This document shows positions 20,980 to 31,541 of a DNA stretch of 64,000 nt, in pieces (within the stretch, counting starts at the first letter, position 1; each line of letters begins with the position of its first letter). The notes below the pieces were generated by a model. That model worked only from the letters and a program-made list of their open reading frames with translations. It had not been told where the DNA came from and did not search any database. The position numbers and the translations under genes are program-made. The DNA lies in the NCBI GenBank assembly GCA_963666835.2, contig CAXXGO010000006.1, forward strand, positions 1,312,001-1,376,000, in the 5' to 3' direction. The stretch comes from Phycisphaerae bacterium (GTDB lineage Bacteria; Planctomycetota; Phycisphaerae; UBA1845).

Positions 20980-22800
20980 ATGAAGAGCACGGTCACGATT
21001 CTCGTGGTTGATGTCGTACTAGCCTGCGGCGTCGCCGCTACTGCGGACTTTACGCCCATTAATGATGCTTCGTCCGGCAGCGAGGTGGACCTTTGGGAAG
21101 CTCTGGACTTGGTCGCGCGCGATCCGGGCGGCTCCTTCTCGTGGACGAGTACGGCGTATCTCAACAGCGGGGCCGACGGGCGGCGCGTGGATGATAGTTC
21201 CGATCAGGTTTGGATGGACGTCGGAACGGCCTCTCATGCGGGGTATGTGGTCAGCGTGAGCATGTCCGCTCTGTTCTGGGGCGGGATGGCCAACCCGAGC
21301 GACACGCTTGGGCAAGAGCTGGTCTTTGACGATTCGGCCTACGACGGAACCGTGGAAATCTCGACGGCGCCCCCGGTCGACGACTTCGGTGACGCCGGTA
21401 CGTTCGAACCGGGCGGATTCGGCATATTCCTCTTTGGCGACGGCAGCAGCAGCCGGCCCACGGCCTGGAGTCTCCAGACGCTGAACACGCCCTTCGGCGA
21501 CGGCGAGTTGGATCGAGTGACCACGGTCAACGTAACCGGTATGGACATCTACTTCTGGGACGGCGCCGATTACTCCCTGTACAAGGAAGACGCTCCGCCC
21601 AACTCGTACATTCTCTGCTTTGACCCCGGCTCCGACCATGACTATCAGGACATGATCGTCTACATCGAAGGTGCGGTTCCGCAATCTCCCTGTGATGACG
21701 ATCTGGATTGTGATGACGGTTACACCTGCACGCTCGATTCCTGTGGTCCTACCGGCGTATGTGAATACGAATACGTGCCGGCCGGTACGGTTTGCCGGCC
21801 GAGCGCCGGGGTCTGCGATGTGGAAGAGGTATGCCCCGGGGATGCGCCGAGCTGTCCGGTCGATCTGAAGCTCACCGATGAATGCCGCGCATCCGAGGGC
21901 GTTTGCGATCCGGCGGAATTCTGCGACGGCGCAAGCAACGATTGCCCGGTGGATGTCAAGAGCACGGACGAATGCCGCGCATCCGAGGGTGTTTGCGACC
22001 CGGCGGAGTTCTGTGACGGCGCCAGCAACGACTGCCCGATCGATTTCAAAAGTACGGACGAGTGCCGGGCATCCGGCGGGGTCTGCGATCCGGCCGAGTT
22101 CTGTGACGGCGTCAGCGACAACTGCCCGGTCGATCTGAAGAGTACGGACGAGTGCCGGGCATCTGAAGGGGTGTGTGATCCGGCCGAGTTCTGTGACGGC
22201 GTCAGCGACAACTGCCCGGTCGATCTGAAGAGTACGGACGAGTGCCGGGCATCTGAAGGGGTGTGTGATCCGGCCGAGTTCTGCGATGGGGTAAACGACG
22301 ATTGCCCGGTTGATCTGAAAAGCACGGACGAGTGTCGGGCGTCGACAGGGGTCTGCGACCCGGCCGAGTTCTGTGACGGCGCGAGCAGCGACTGCCCGGC
22401 GGATGAGTACTCCCCGGAGGGCACGGCCTGCCCGGACGACGGCGACGAATGCACGAACGACGTATGTGACGGAATCGGCGTTGACTGCACGCACCCCAAC
22501 CACGGCATGTGCGGAGCGTGCTGCCTGCCGGACAAGACCTGCCTTTTCGACGTGCTGTCAGGCACGTGTCAGGGGCAAGACGGCACGTTCCTCGGGTCGG
22601 GATCCGTGTGCCTGGGTGACAGCGACGGCGACGGATACGACGACCAATGCGACGAATGCCCGGGAGTCAACGACGACCTCTTCCCCGAGTGCCAGGAGGC
22701 AATCCCAACGGTCTCCTGGTGGGGATTGCTGGTACTGGCTCTGCTTCTGATGGTGGTTGGCAAACTCCGCTTCGGAGTTGGCCGATCGGAAACTGCATAG
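20980..22800 (+). CDS. secreted Cys-rich protein with disintegrin-like repeats and IPTL-CTERM sorting signal
   Basis: GGAGG RBS, signal peptide, 7 units of ~30 aa (ECRASEGVCDPAEFCDG..CP.D) and C-terminal AIPTVSWWGL-TM-basic tail. Confidence 0.88.
   Translation: MKSTVTILVVDVVLACGVAATADFTPINDASSGSEVDLWEALDLVARDPGGSFSWTSTAYLNSGADGRRVDDSSDQVWMDVGTASHAGYVVSVSMSALFWGGMANPSDTLGQELVFDDSAYDGTVEISTAPPVDDFGDAGTFEPGGFGIFLFGDGSSSRPTAWSLQTLNTPFGDGELDRVTTVNVTGMDIYFWDGADYSLYKEDAPPNSYILCFDPGSDHDYQDMIVYIEGAVPQSPCDDDLDCDDGYTCTLDSCGPTGVCEYEYVPAGTVCRPSAGVCDVEEVCPGDAPSCPVDLKLTDECRASEGVCDPAEFCDGASNDCPVDVKSTDECRASEGVCDPAEFCDGASNDCPIDFKSTDECRASGGVCDPAEFCDGVSDNCPVDLKSTDECRASEGVCDPAEFCDGVSDNCPVDLKSTDECRASEGVCDPAEFCDGVNDDCPVDLKSTDECRASTGVCDPAEFCDGASSDCPADEYSPEGTACPDDGDECTNDVCDGIGVDCTHPNHGMCGACCLPDKTCLFDVLSGTCQGQDGTFLGSGSVCLGDSDGDGYDDQCDECPGVNDDLFPECQEAIPTVSWWGLLVLALLLMVVGKLRFGVGRSETA
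21790..22410 (+). repeat. intragenic 90-bp tandem repeat, about 7 units
   Basis: Near-identical units such as GAGTGCCGGGCATCTGAAGGGGTGTGTGATCCGGCCGAGTTCTG recur every 90 bp. Confidence 0.9.
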
Positions 22801-23190
22801 AACCGGGCCGGCCCCCGGCTTCCGTCTGATTTAACTGTGCAGTAACGCCGCCGGGCAGCAGGGGATTTGTATGCCAATGGTTCCGGCACCGGTTCGGCCT
22901 CGAACCGGTGCCCGGCCTCGGTTCTCTGGCCGTTCATGGGGTTGTTGGCTGACGACGCTTCCCGACTTCCGTGCTGATATCACCACCGAACGGCTTCTAC
23001 CCGACGATGACGCGATCGTGACGGCCGAGCAATCGGCGATTGCAGGTGCCCAATCGGCCGTTACACCCCGGGGAAGCAAGATCCCATAATCAACGGCAAT
23101 ACCCTATTCAAGGCTTGCTTTCACCTTGCGTGATCTGGTACGATACAGATCTAGTACCGTTCTAGCTGCGATTCTCAGCGGTGGCCGGGG

Positions 23191-23781
23191 ATGTCGACAC
23201 AGGAACCCAACCAGATCACTCGTCTGCTGGAATCTGCCGGCAACGGAGACGTTTCGGCCAAACGGCAGTTGTGGTCGGTCATCTACGACGAACTGCACCG
23301 GCTGGCGCAACAACAAATGCGGAACGAACCGGCAGGCCGGACTATGCAGCCGACGGCTCTGGTACACGAGGCATACCTCCGCCTCTTTCGCGAAGAAGAC
23401 ATCAAATGGGCTAACCGAAGGCACTTCTTCGGTGCAGCCGCGCAGGCCATGCGCCGGATCCGTATCGAGGATGCTCGGCGCGTCAGGGGGCTTAAACGAG
23501 GTGGCGACCGCCGCCGCGTGGACCTCGATTGTGCGCCACCGATGTTTGATCAGGACCCGACCGAAGTGCTGGCGGTTGATGAGGCCCTGGACGAACTGGA
23601 AAAGGTCGATCCGCGAAAGGCCAAGGTCGTCATGTTCCGTTACTTCGCCGGCCTGACGGAGGAGGAGACCGCACGGGCGATCGATGTGTCTCGTCGCACC
23701 GTCCAGAACGACTGGCAGGTGGCGCGGGCCTGGCTACACCGGGCGCTGTCGAAGGGCGATACGGCGGAGGCCGCGCGTTAA
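23191..23781 (+). CDS. ECF sigma factor, planctomycete kinase-associated type (TIGR02999-like)
   Basis: YDELHRLA, QPTALVHEAYLRL, HFFGAAAQAMRRI, KRGG and DWQVARAWL motifs. Confidence 0.93.
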   Translation: MSTQEPNQITRLLESAGNGDVSAKRQLWSVIYDELHRLAQQQMRNEPAGRTMQPTALVHEAYLRLFREEDIKWANRRHFFGAAAQAMRRIRIEDARRVRGLKRGGDRRRVDLDCAPPMFDQDPTEVLAVDEALDELEKVDPRKAKVVMFRYFAGLTEEETARAIDVSRRTVQNDWQVARAWLHRALSKGDTAEAAR

Positions 23782-23784
23782 CTC

Positions 23785-26700
23785 ATGAATTACGATCGCC
23801 GGCAGCGCGTTGACGAATTATTCGAGAAAGCGCTGTTCCGCGCGCCCGACGAACGCGAGTCATTCCTGGCCGAGGCTTGCGGTGACGATCCGACGATCCG
23901 CGCCGAAGTTATTTCACTTCTGGAGCATGATGAGCAAGCCCCCGCGGAGTTCATGCGGCCGCCGGATCCTGCAATCCGGTCTCCGCTATCCAGTAGCACC
24001 CTCGAGGTCGGTGCGATCGTGGGTGGCTACCGCATCACGGGCCTGATCGCATCCGGCGGGATGGGCACGGTGTATGAGGCGGTGCAGAAGGCACCGCAGC
24101 GAGTCGTGGCCCTGAAGATCATGCTTGGCGGCATGGCCTCGAGATCAGCTCTGGGGCGTTTTCAGCTCGAATCGGCGGTTCTGGCACGATTGCATCATCC
24201 GAACATTGCCCAGGTCTTCGATGCCGGCGTGCAACGCCTGGGCGAAAGCCGCATACCCTATTTCGCGATGGAGTACATCGCCGGGGCCCGCACCGTTACC
24301 GCATTCGCGCAAGAGGAAAACCTCTGCATATCAGATCGCTTAGCGCTTTTTGCCACGATATGTGATGCCGTTCATCACGGTCATCAGAAGGGCATCATCC
24401 ACCGCGACATCAAACCTGCCAACATTCTGGTAGATTCGTCAGGCCGGCCGAAGGTCATCGACTTCGGCATCGCCCGCGCGACTGACTTGGATCTCGCGAT
24501 CACCGCGCAGCAGACGATTACGGGCCAGCTCATCGGCACAATGCAATACATGAGCCCCGAACAGTGCGACGCCGATCCGCACGCTCTCGACATTCGCACC
24601 GACATCTACTCGCTGGGCGTGGTCCTCTATGAACTCCTTACGGGAGAGAGTCCATACGTCACGCCGAGCGCGAACATCTACGAAGCCGCCCGCACAATCT
24701 GCGAGCAGCCGCCGAAGCCGCCGTCTCGGGTCGACCCCGAACTCGAAGGCGATGTGGAGACGATTGTCCTCAAGGCCTTGGAGAAAGAGAGGGAACGGCG
24801 TTACCAATCCGCCGCAGAACTGGCGTCCGACATTCGCCGTTTTCTCAAGAACGAACCGATCCTCGCGCGACGCACGACCGCGCTGTATCAGCTTCGTTTG
24901 TATGCTCGGCGCCATCGGGTCGCGTTTCGAGCGATCGTAGCGGCCGCAATCGGATTGTGCCTGGCCACGGTCATCAGTGTCTGGTCGGCGATCGAGGCAA
25001 CCGCACAACGCCGCGTTGCCGAAGCGGCCCGCGATGATGTGGCGAGCAAGTCATACGCGGTGAACCTAACAGCCGCGGAAGCAGCGCTCGCCGCTGATGA
25101 CCCAGCAACCGCGCGTATCGCTCTGGAGGGTGCGGACCCGAAGTCCCGCGGTTGGGAATGGCGGTACCTCAGGAACCGGGTCGATCAGAGCATTCGGACG
25201 TTGATGCAAGTAGACACGGCCTTCGAGTACTTCTCGGTCGACAAGGAGGGGCAACAGTTAGCGGTTGCGTTGAAGTATCTCGGAGTGGTCCGCGTGTACG
25301 ACATTCGCACCGGCAAGATCATCCACGAGTTGCCAACGCAGGAGCCTTGCGCAGTTGCCTTCAGTAATGATGGGACTCTGCTTGCAGTAGCGTCGACGGT
25401 TGGAGGAACGGATAGACGCGGGACTATCGCGTTGTGGAGGTTGGATACAGCTTCCTCAACACTGGTGGCGCATTGGATAGTCAACGATGTCGGGGCCCCG
25501 ATGCTGGCGTTTCACCCGACTCGCCGGATTCTGGCCGGCGGACGTTCTGGGGATCACCCAATCAGCCTGTGGGATCTCCGGGACCTCGAAAGGTTCGAAT
25601 CAGATGAACTGGCCGAGGTGGCGGCCGACGCGGTCCTGCAGGGTCACAAATGGGAGATCAGGAGCCTGGCGTTCAGTCCGAGAGGAGACTTGCTTGCCTC
25701 CGGCTCGCATGACTATACGGTTCGCCTTTGGGACGTCGAGTCGTCCTTGCGGACGGGGTCCGGACGTGCCTTGGCCGTGCTCCGCGGCCACACGTATTAT
25801 GTTGAAGCGGTTGCCTTCAGCCCCGACGGGTGCCGGCTCGCCTCGGCGTCGACCGACAAGACCATCCGGGTCTGGGACGTCGCGAAAAGCATCGAAGAAA
25901 GCGCCGGCAAGGGCGGCAGCCAATCAGAGGGGGACAAGGCTCCGGGCGTGCAGCTTGGCGTGCTCGGTGGGCACGATGAAGGATTCATAGCCGTCGCGTT
26001 CGACTCCACCGGGTCGAGGTTGGTTTCCGGCGGCAATGCAGGACTCATCTGCGTGTGGGATGTGGCGGACGACGCGATCGTGTCGGATCTCCAACGAAGT
26101 CAGACCTGGAGAAGGCCTCGTTATCAACAGACTGCCGCCCTACGCGGGCATGAAGGTTGGGTGCGGCGGGTGGCCTATCTGCCGGATGGACAGATTTTAT
26201 CAGGGGCGGGCGACAAGAGCATAAGACTCTGGCGGCCGGAGGTCCGAGACGTTCCGCAACTTCACGGACACAGCACCAGCATCGACGCCGTGGCGTTTTT
26301 GCCGGACAACCAACACGTTGTGTCAGGCGATGGCTCCGGTTGTCTTATCGTGTGGGATGCAAAACGATGCGTACCGGTCGCCAAGCGTTACTTCCGCGAG
26401 CGAGAGCGCGTTAATGCTGTTACACCCTTCAGGCGAGATGATCGCCTGCTGTTGGCCGTAGCAACCGGACGGACGCCGCCGTACGAGCCGGGAGGCCGCA
26501 TTATCTTGCTGGACGTTACCAGCCCTGAGGCGCCTCGGCGGGTGCAGGTTCTCTCCCCGGACGATGGCATTAAGCCCTCGTTCCATTCGATTGCGGTCAG
26601 CGCAGATACCCGAAGACTTGCGGCGGGAGATGGTCAGGGCGTTGTCAGAGTGTGGGAGCTTGACAAGCAGCTTGAGTTTCGAGAGGTCTGCTCTCTGGCT

Positions 26701-27852
26701 GGGCCGCGTTACTTCGTGAATGATCTCGTCTTTCTTCACGATTCCGGAAGCTGGTTGGTAAGCGCGGGCGGCACTGGCGGAGACGATGTCCCCGAGGACT
26801 TTGCGATCCGGATCTGGAATGCAGACACCGGGAACGTCGCCACGGCTCGCGGGCATGACCAGCCGATCCACGCGCTGGCGATGGACCCGCCCGGGCAGCT
26901 ATTGGCCTCGGCGTCCTTCGATCGGACGGTTGTGGTTTGGCGCGTAGTCTGGGAAGGTTCCTCCCCCCGTCTCGAGCGCGCACACACTCTCGAAGGTCAC
27001 GCCACAAGGGTGTATTCGGTAGCGTTCCACCCCAGCGAGCCACGTCTTTGTTCCGGGTCACAAGACGGGATCATTAAACTGTGGGATACGGATCGGATGG
27101 TCGAGGTTGCCACGCTTCGCGAGCAGGTCGGTCAGGTTGCGGACCTGACCTTCGATGCTACCGGCGTTCGGTTGGCGACTACATCGGTGGGATTCATGGG
27201 AACGGATAACGTGGCGCGGGTATGGGACGCTCCGAACCAGCCCGATTCTTCTCGCTACGAACGGCTGGTCGTGCGTGCGGATTGTGCACGAGCGCTGGCC
27301 GCGGTGAGCGACGTACTACAGACGCCGCTGGCCTCGCCGGCTGAGGCAAAACGGAAGGTCGCCGACCGCTTGAAGTCGTTCCCGGACAGTGTTCGGCATG
27401 CGGTACTCGATAACTTCGCGGCTCTGTACGTGCATCCCGGTTGGGCTGACCGGCGAGCCGGGCGCGCCGTCGATAACGCCGAGGTAACTGAGGAAGAGCT
27501 GCTCCAAGCGCTGGAATGGGCAAATCTCGCTGCACAGACTGCTCCGGAGAATGGGACATTCCTGGCCATGGTCGGCATTATCGAGTACCGCTTGGGACGC
27601 CATAGCCAGGCGCTCGCCACGCTCAGCGCGGCTGCGGGGATGAACCACAGTAGGCTCCCGGCCGTTTGGGCGGTACTGGCCATGACGTATCGCCAACTCG
27701 GCGAGCCGGACAAGGCTGCCGATGCCCAGAAGCGGATGGAAGAGCTGGACCGAATCCTATCCGGCCTTGACCCTGTCAACCGGCATTTCGTTGACGAAGC
27801 AAGGGCCTCCCGAGAGTCGACAGATCGCGAGGGCATCGCCGCTCGCCGCTGA
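23785..27852 (+). CDS. Ser/Thr protein kinase with WD40 repeats and TPR-like tail
   Basis: GGMGTVY, VALK, HRDIKPAN, DFG and GTMQYMSPEQ motifs, a TM segment, then many GH...WD repeats. Confidence 0.95.
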   Translation: MNYDRRQRVDELFEKALFRAPDERESFLAEACGDDPTIRAEVISLLEHDEQAPAEFMRPPDPAIRSPLSSSTLEVGAIVGGYRITGLIASGGMGTVYEAVQKAPQRVVALKIMLGGMASRSALGRFQLESAVLARLHHPNIAQVFDAGVQRLGESRIPYFAMEYIAGARTVTAFAQEENLCISDRLALFATICDAVHHGHQKGIIHRDIKPANILVDSSGRPKVIDFGIARATDLDLAITAQQTITGQLIGTMQYMSPEQCDADPHALDIRTDIYSLGVVLYELLTGESPYVTPSANIYEAARTICEQPPKPPSRVDPELEGDVETIVLKALEKERERRYQSAAELASDIRRFLKNEPILARRTTALYQLRLYARRHRVAFRAIVAAAIGLCLATVISVWSAIEATAQRRVAEAARDDVASKSYAVNLTAAEAALAADDPATARIALEGADPKSRGWEWRYLRNRVDQSIRTLMQVDTAFEYFSVDKEGQQLAVALKYLGVVRVYDIRTGKIIHELPTQEPCAVAFSNDGTLLAVASTVGGTDRRGTIALWRLDTASSTLVAHWIVNDVGAPMLAFHPTRRILAGGRSGDHPISLWDLRDLERFESDELAEVAADAVLQGHKWEIRSLAFSPRGDLLASGSHDYTVRLWDVESSLRTGSGRALAVLRGHTYYVEAVAFSPDGCRLASASTDKTIRVWDVAKSIEESAGKGGSQSEGDKAPGVQLGVLGGHDEGFIAVAFDSTGSRLVSGGNAGLICVWDVADDAIVSDLQRSQTWRRPRYQQTAALRGHEGWVRRVAYLPDGQILSGAGDKSIRLWRPEVRDVPQLHGHSTSIDAVAFLPDNQHVVSGDGSGCLIVWDAKRCVPVAKRYFRERERVNAVTPFRRDDRLLLAVATGRTPPYEPGGRIILLDVTSPEAPRRVQVLSPDDGIKPSFHSIAVSADTRRLAAGDGQGVVRVWELDKQLEFREVCSLAGPRYFVNDLVFLHDSGSWLVSAGGTGGDDVPEDFAIRIWNADTGNVATARGHDQPIHALAMDPPGQLLASASFDRTVVVWRVVWEGSSPRLERAHTLEGHATRVYSVAFHPSEPRLCSGSQDGIIKLWDTDRMVEVATLREQVGQVADLTFDATGVRLATTSVGFMGTDNVARVWDAPNQPDSSRYERLVVRADCARALAAVSDVLQTPLASPAEAKRKVADRLKSFPDSVRHAVLDNFAALYVHPGWADRRAGRAVDNAEVTEEELLQALEWANLAAQTAPENGTFLAMVGIIEYRLGRHSQALATLSAAAGMNHSRLPAVWAVLAMTYRQLGEPDKAADAQKRMEELDRILSGLDPVNRHFVDEARASRESTDREGIAARR

Positions 27853-28102
27853 AAGACCACCGGCGGGGTACCCTCCCGGGCCCGATGCGTTCGCGGGGTC
27901 GTCAGCTATCTGGAAAAGAGCCGAGCGTTTCTCTGCGCCGTGCGCGGACGTTTTGCGCATGTAATCTCGGAAACGCGATATCTTCTGCGATGCTCTCGGA
28001 GATCTGTCGCACGTAGATGCGAGCACGTGCAACTCGAGGCGTGCGAGATCGTCTCGCACTGCCTGAGGGGATTTCTGTAGCCCAATACTCGAGGAGAGAG
28101 AG

Positions 28103-30043
28103 ATGTTAACCAACAGACCGATACCACTTGTGTTCGGCGCCGTGCTCGTACTTTCGGTTGCTGGAGGATCACACGCAGGCACAGACAGCGATGCGCTGCA
28201 ATCGGCGTCCTGCCCGGATTCGGAGGTTCGGGTGTACATGCTGGGCGACGAGGATGATTATGAATACGAAGGACCGGGAAGCGAGGATGATGTCTATATT
28301 GACCCTGCTTGGTGGCTCGAAGTTACTACCGAACATCCGGGGGATGAATTCGACTTTGATCAGGTTTCCCGAGGCGGGTTGATTCCGTTCTCTTTCGTCT
28401 TCGATCTTGCGGACGGTGAAGGGGTAACTGGGGCGTGGCTGACTCTTCGTTTGAAACAGAATGGAGGGCAACCGTGGGAGACTGATTTCATCCTGCTTGA
28501 TCAGTTGCAACCGCAGAGGCTTCTGGTGGATCTTGGATGGGATGGGACGCCATCGGTGTTGTCATTTGACCTCTCCGATGTCTTGGGGGATAACCTGCTT
28601 CCGTTACTGGCCGATGGCTTACTGAATTGCGCGGTTTATGATGACTCGGCCATCGATTATGCTACTCTGGAGCTGCACGTAGCGCCCCCGTGTTATGATC
28701 TTAGATACGAATGCAGAATCGTTAACGAGCCGAGCGTGGAGGATCAATCCCCAGAGCTTCCCGGCGGGCTGACGGAACTTCCCGCCGGTGAGACCTTCTT
28801 CGTCGAATTCTGGGCCAGCGATTCGGGGGACGTCAACACCGGCGTGGTCAGCGCCTATGCGGACCTGGACTATCCGGAGGAGTTGGTCACGTGCTACGAG
28901 CCGCAGTCGTCTCCGTTGTTCAGCCTGTTCCCGGATGGCGTGTGTGACGGCACGATCGTCGACGAACTTGGTGGGAGCCAGCTTGATCCGGGTATCGGCG
29001 TCGAGCCGGAATGGGCTCGCATAGCCGTTGGGGAATACACCGCCGATGCGGTCGGGCAGGCGGAGTTCGCGTTGTTGCCGGCTGACACGGAATCATCGGC
29101 CCACGGACGGGGGCTGATCCTGCCGGAGGACATCGATTATGGCACTTGCACGGTCGAGATCGTCTGTCCGTGCATCTACGACCTGGACGCCAACTGCAAC
29201 ATCGCGGCGGGAGATCTCGGCTTGTTCGCTCCGTGCTGGGGATGCTGTGATGATCAGCCGTGTTGGGACGAGCACACGTGCCAGGATAAGGACTTCGACT
29301 GCAATGGGTGCGTAAGCGGCGGCGACTTGGCTTGGTTTGCGGCCGGGTGGAACAAGAGCTGCAACGACATCGACCCCGTTGCTGATTATCCGCCGTGCCG
29401 CGAGTGTGAGGGACCGGTCTACTGCGCCGACGCGGCCGCAACGCAGAGCAGTGGCGGTATCGCCGCCGGACCGGTCCTGGCCGGGGATCTTGGGACCACC
29501 GAGGACGTAGTGGAGCTGGCCGTGAGCCTTCGCCGGGATAACCGGTCGGACTACGAGGTCGATCAACTCGATGTACAGAATCTGCGAAGGGTAACGGCCG
29601 GTGAGCGGGTGTTCGCGGAGGTTTGGGCCAAGGACTTCAACCCGTCCAGCCAGGGACTCACGGCCGTGTTCGCGGACCTGTATTTCGACTCGGGGCAGTT
29701 CCGGGTTGTCTCCGTCGATCCGGGGGACACGTTCACCCTCTTTGCGGAATCCGACCTGGAGGGAGACTTCGGCGTGGTTCGCGGATTGGGCGGAGCCACG
29801 ATGGAGCCCAACCACGGGACCGACCGGTGGACGCGCGTTTCGGTCGTGGAACTGCAGGCCCTGGTCGACGGCGTTGGGCCGACGGTGATTGTCCGGCCGA
29901 TCAAGGGCGAAGCGGTATCGCGTTATGCTTATGGACTGGTTACCGACGTTCGCGTGAAAGAGTCTGACAACAGCTCGGTTCAGAAGCGATCGAAGGTGGC
30001 TCGGGATGGCCGGGCGCCGAACGCCGCTCACGTGATTGACTAG
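28103..30043 (+). CDS. secreted protein with two cohesin-like domains flanking a dockerin-like module
   Basis: Signal peptide. Repeated GETFFVEFWASD..GVVSAYADL / GERVFAEVWAKD..GLTAVFADL domains. Paired DLDANCNIAAGDL / DFDCNGCVSGGDL loops. Confidence 0.75.
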   Translation: MLTNRPIPLVFGAVLVLSVAGGSHAGTDSDALQSASCPDSEVRVYMLGDEDDYEYEGPGSEDDVYIDPAWWLEVTTEHPGDEFDFDQVSRGGLIPFSFVFDLADGEGVTGAWLTLRLKQNGGQPWETDFILLDQLQPQRLLVDLGWDGTPSVLSFDLSDVLGDNLLPLLADGLLNCAVYDDSAIDYATLELHVAPPCYDLRYECRIVNEPSVEDQSPELPGGLTELPAGETFFVEFWASDSGDVNTGVVSAYADLDYPEELVTCYEPQSSPLFSLFPDGVCDGTIVDELGGSQLDPGIGVEPEWARIAVGEYTADAVGQAEFALLPADTESSAHGRGLILPEDIDYGTCTVEIVCPCIYDLDANCNIAAGDLGLFAPCWGCCDDQPCWDEHTCQDKDFDCNGCVSGGDLAWFAAGWNKSCNDIDPVADYPPCRECEGPVYCADAAATQSSGGIAAGPVLAGDLGTTEDVVELAVSLRRDNRSDYEVDQLDVQNLRRVTAGERVFAEVWAKDFNPSSQGLTAVFADLYFDSGQFRVVSVDPGDTFTLFAESDLEGDFGVVRGLGGATMEPNHGTDRWTRVSVVELQALVDGVGPTVIVRPIKGEAVSRYAYGLVTDVRVKESDNSSVQKRSKVARDGRAPNAAHVID

Positions 30044-30790
30044 AACCAGATGGCCTTGGCACGGCAGTCTTCCCGACTGTCGTGTCGGGGCTTCTCTTGT
30101 GTTTCACGACCCGCCCCGGCGAAAGTACGTAGCCGGCTTGGCGTTCGGCAGTGCCCAATGGTACGAACCTTTGTCCGTAGGTCATCGTTTCAACACCTGT
30201 GATCGACAAAGCAGTCTGGTCCGCGGAGCGGACTCTACCGGGCAGAACCCAGGCTTGGCGTCGGGCTTAAGCCCGATATACCGTGGTGCGATCAACGGCA
30301 GGTCTCGTACCTCGACCATGCCTACGAAGCTGCGTCCCGTCCGATTAGGCCTTCGGCGTCGGTGGGGCCGCGGTGCCAGGGGTAGGGCACGGTCGAGGCA
30401 CGAGACCTGCCGTTGGTTTTCGCGTAGTTGGTCTGCCTGCAGTCCTTGGGCAACGTGCATCGTCCGAACATACGCCGAAGGTGTTTCACAGCAAAGCCCA
30501 GGGTAAACAAAGCGGCGCAGCCGCGCAGTGCCACCCTGGGTCACAGAACCCCCCGACGCACCAACCCCGAAGTGGGTTGAACAACGGCGGAACCCCGTCG
30601 GGGTTCATCTTTGATGTGACCGTGAGCATTCCCACGTAGCGGCTGTAAACCAGCTCGTTCCTCTACCGTGTCCTATGAAGTCTTCGGGCGATCTCTGAAA
30701 CCGTCCGCCGGCCCTTCGGGACACCCCGTAGCGTAGGCTTCCAGCCTGCCTCGAGGTCCGCCCTCCTCCGGCCATTCGGGCCGGGAGCGC

Positions 30791-31430
30791 GTGGCGAGCG
30801 GATCTCACCCACGGGTTCCGCTTCGCTCCACCCGCGGCTACGCGCCTATGTCCCTTCGGGACAGTTGCCCGCATGGCGGCCTGACAAGATTAGTATCATT
30901 GGCCGGAGCCCGGTATACCGTGGTGCGATCAATGGCAGGTCTCGTACCTCGACCGTGCCCTACAAAGCTGAAACCCTCCGCCGGCCCTTCGGGACGGGAG
31001 CACGTGGCGAGCGGATCTCACCCACGGGTTCCGCTTCGCTCCACCCGCGGCTACGCGCCTATGTCCCTTCGGGACAGTTGCCCGCATGGCGGCCTGACAA
31101 GATTAGTATCATTGGCCGGAGCCCGGTATACCGTGGTGCGATCAATGGCAGGTCTCGTACCTCGACCTGCCCTACAAAGCTGAAACCCTCCGCCGGCCCT
31201 TCGGGACGGGAGCACGTGGGGAGCGGATCTCACCCACGGGTTCCGCTTCGCTCCACCCGCGGCTACGCGCCTGTCTCCCTTCGGGACAGTTGCCCGCATG
31301 GCGGCCTGACAAGATTAGTATCATTGGCCGGAGCCCGGTATACCGTGGTGCGATCAATGGCAGGTCTCGTACCTCGACCGTGCCCTACAAGGCCAGCGAT
31401 GGCAGGTCTCGTACCTCGACCGTGCCCTAC
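30791..31430. repeat. tandem ~213-bp composite REP array, about 2.8 units plus one extra REP
   Basis: Units start at 30791, 31004 and 31216. Each contains CGGGTTCCGCTTCGCTCCACCCGCGGCTAC, TGTCCCTTCGGGACA (degenerate in the third) and TGGCAGGTCTCGTACCTCGACC(G)TGCCCTAC. Confidence 0.92.
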
Positions 31431-31541
31431 AAAGCCAGACCTGCCCCGGGAGGGCAAAGTTATGTAGCCAGGTGCGCAAGCCGCTGGGAACGGTCCCGCG
31501 TCGGGGGGCGAGCCCGACGGGCGACGGATTCGGCAATCAGA

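Noticed and set aside
21019..22565. Long antisense ORFs (494 aa, 281 aa) and similar ones opposite rpoD, fabF, feoB and the lamin-tail genes
   Set aside because: These are shadow frames of GC-rich coding sequence with no independent motifs.
30791..31430. CRISPR array
   Set aside because: The units are ~213 bp with identical intervening sequence, there are no unique spacers and no cas genes are nearby.
30605..31536. Repetitive ORFs (MAGLVPRPCPT etc.) in the repeat array
   Set aside because: They are translations of REP DNA. The same peptides appear wherever the REP occurs.
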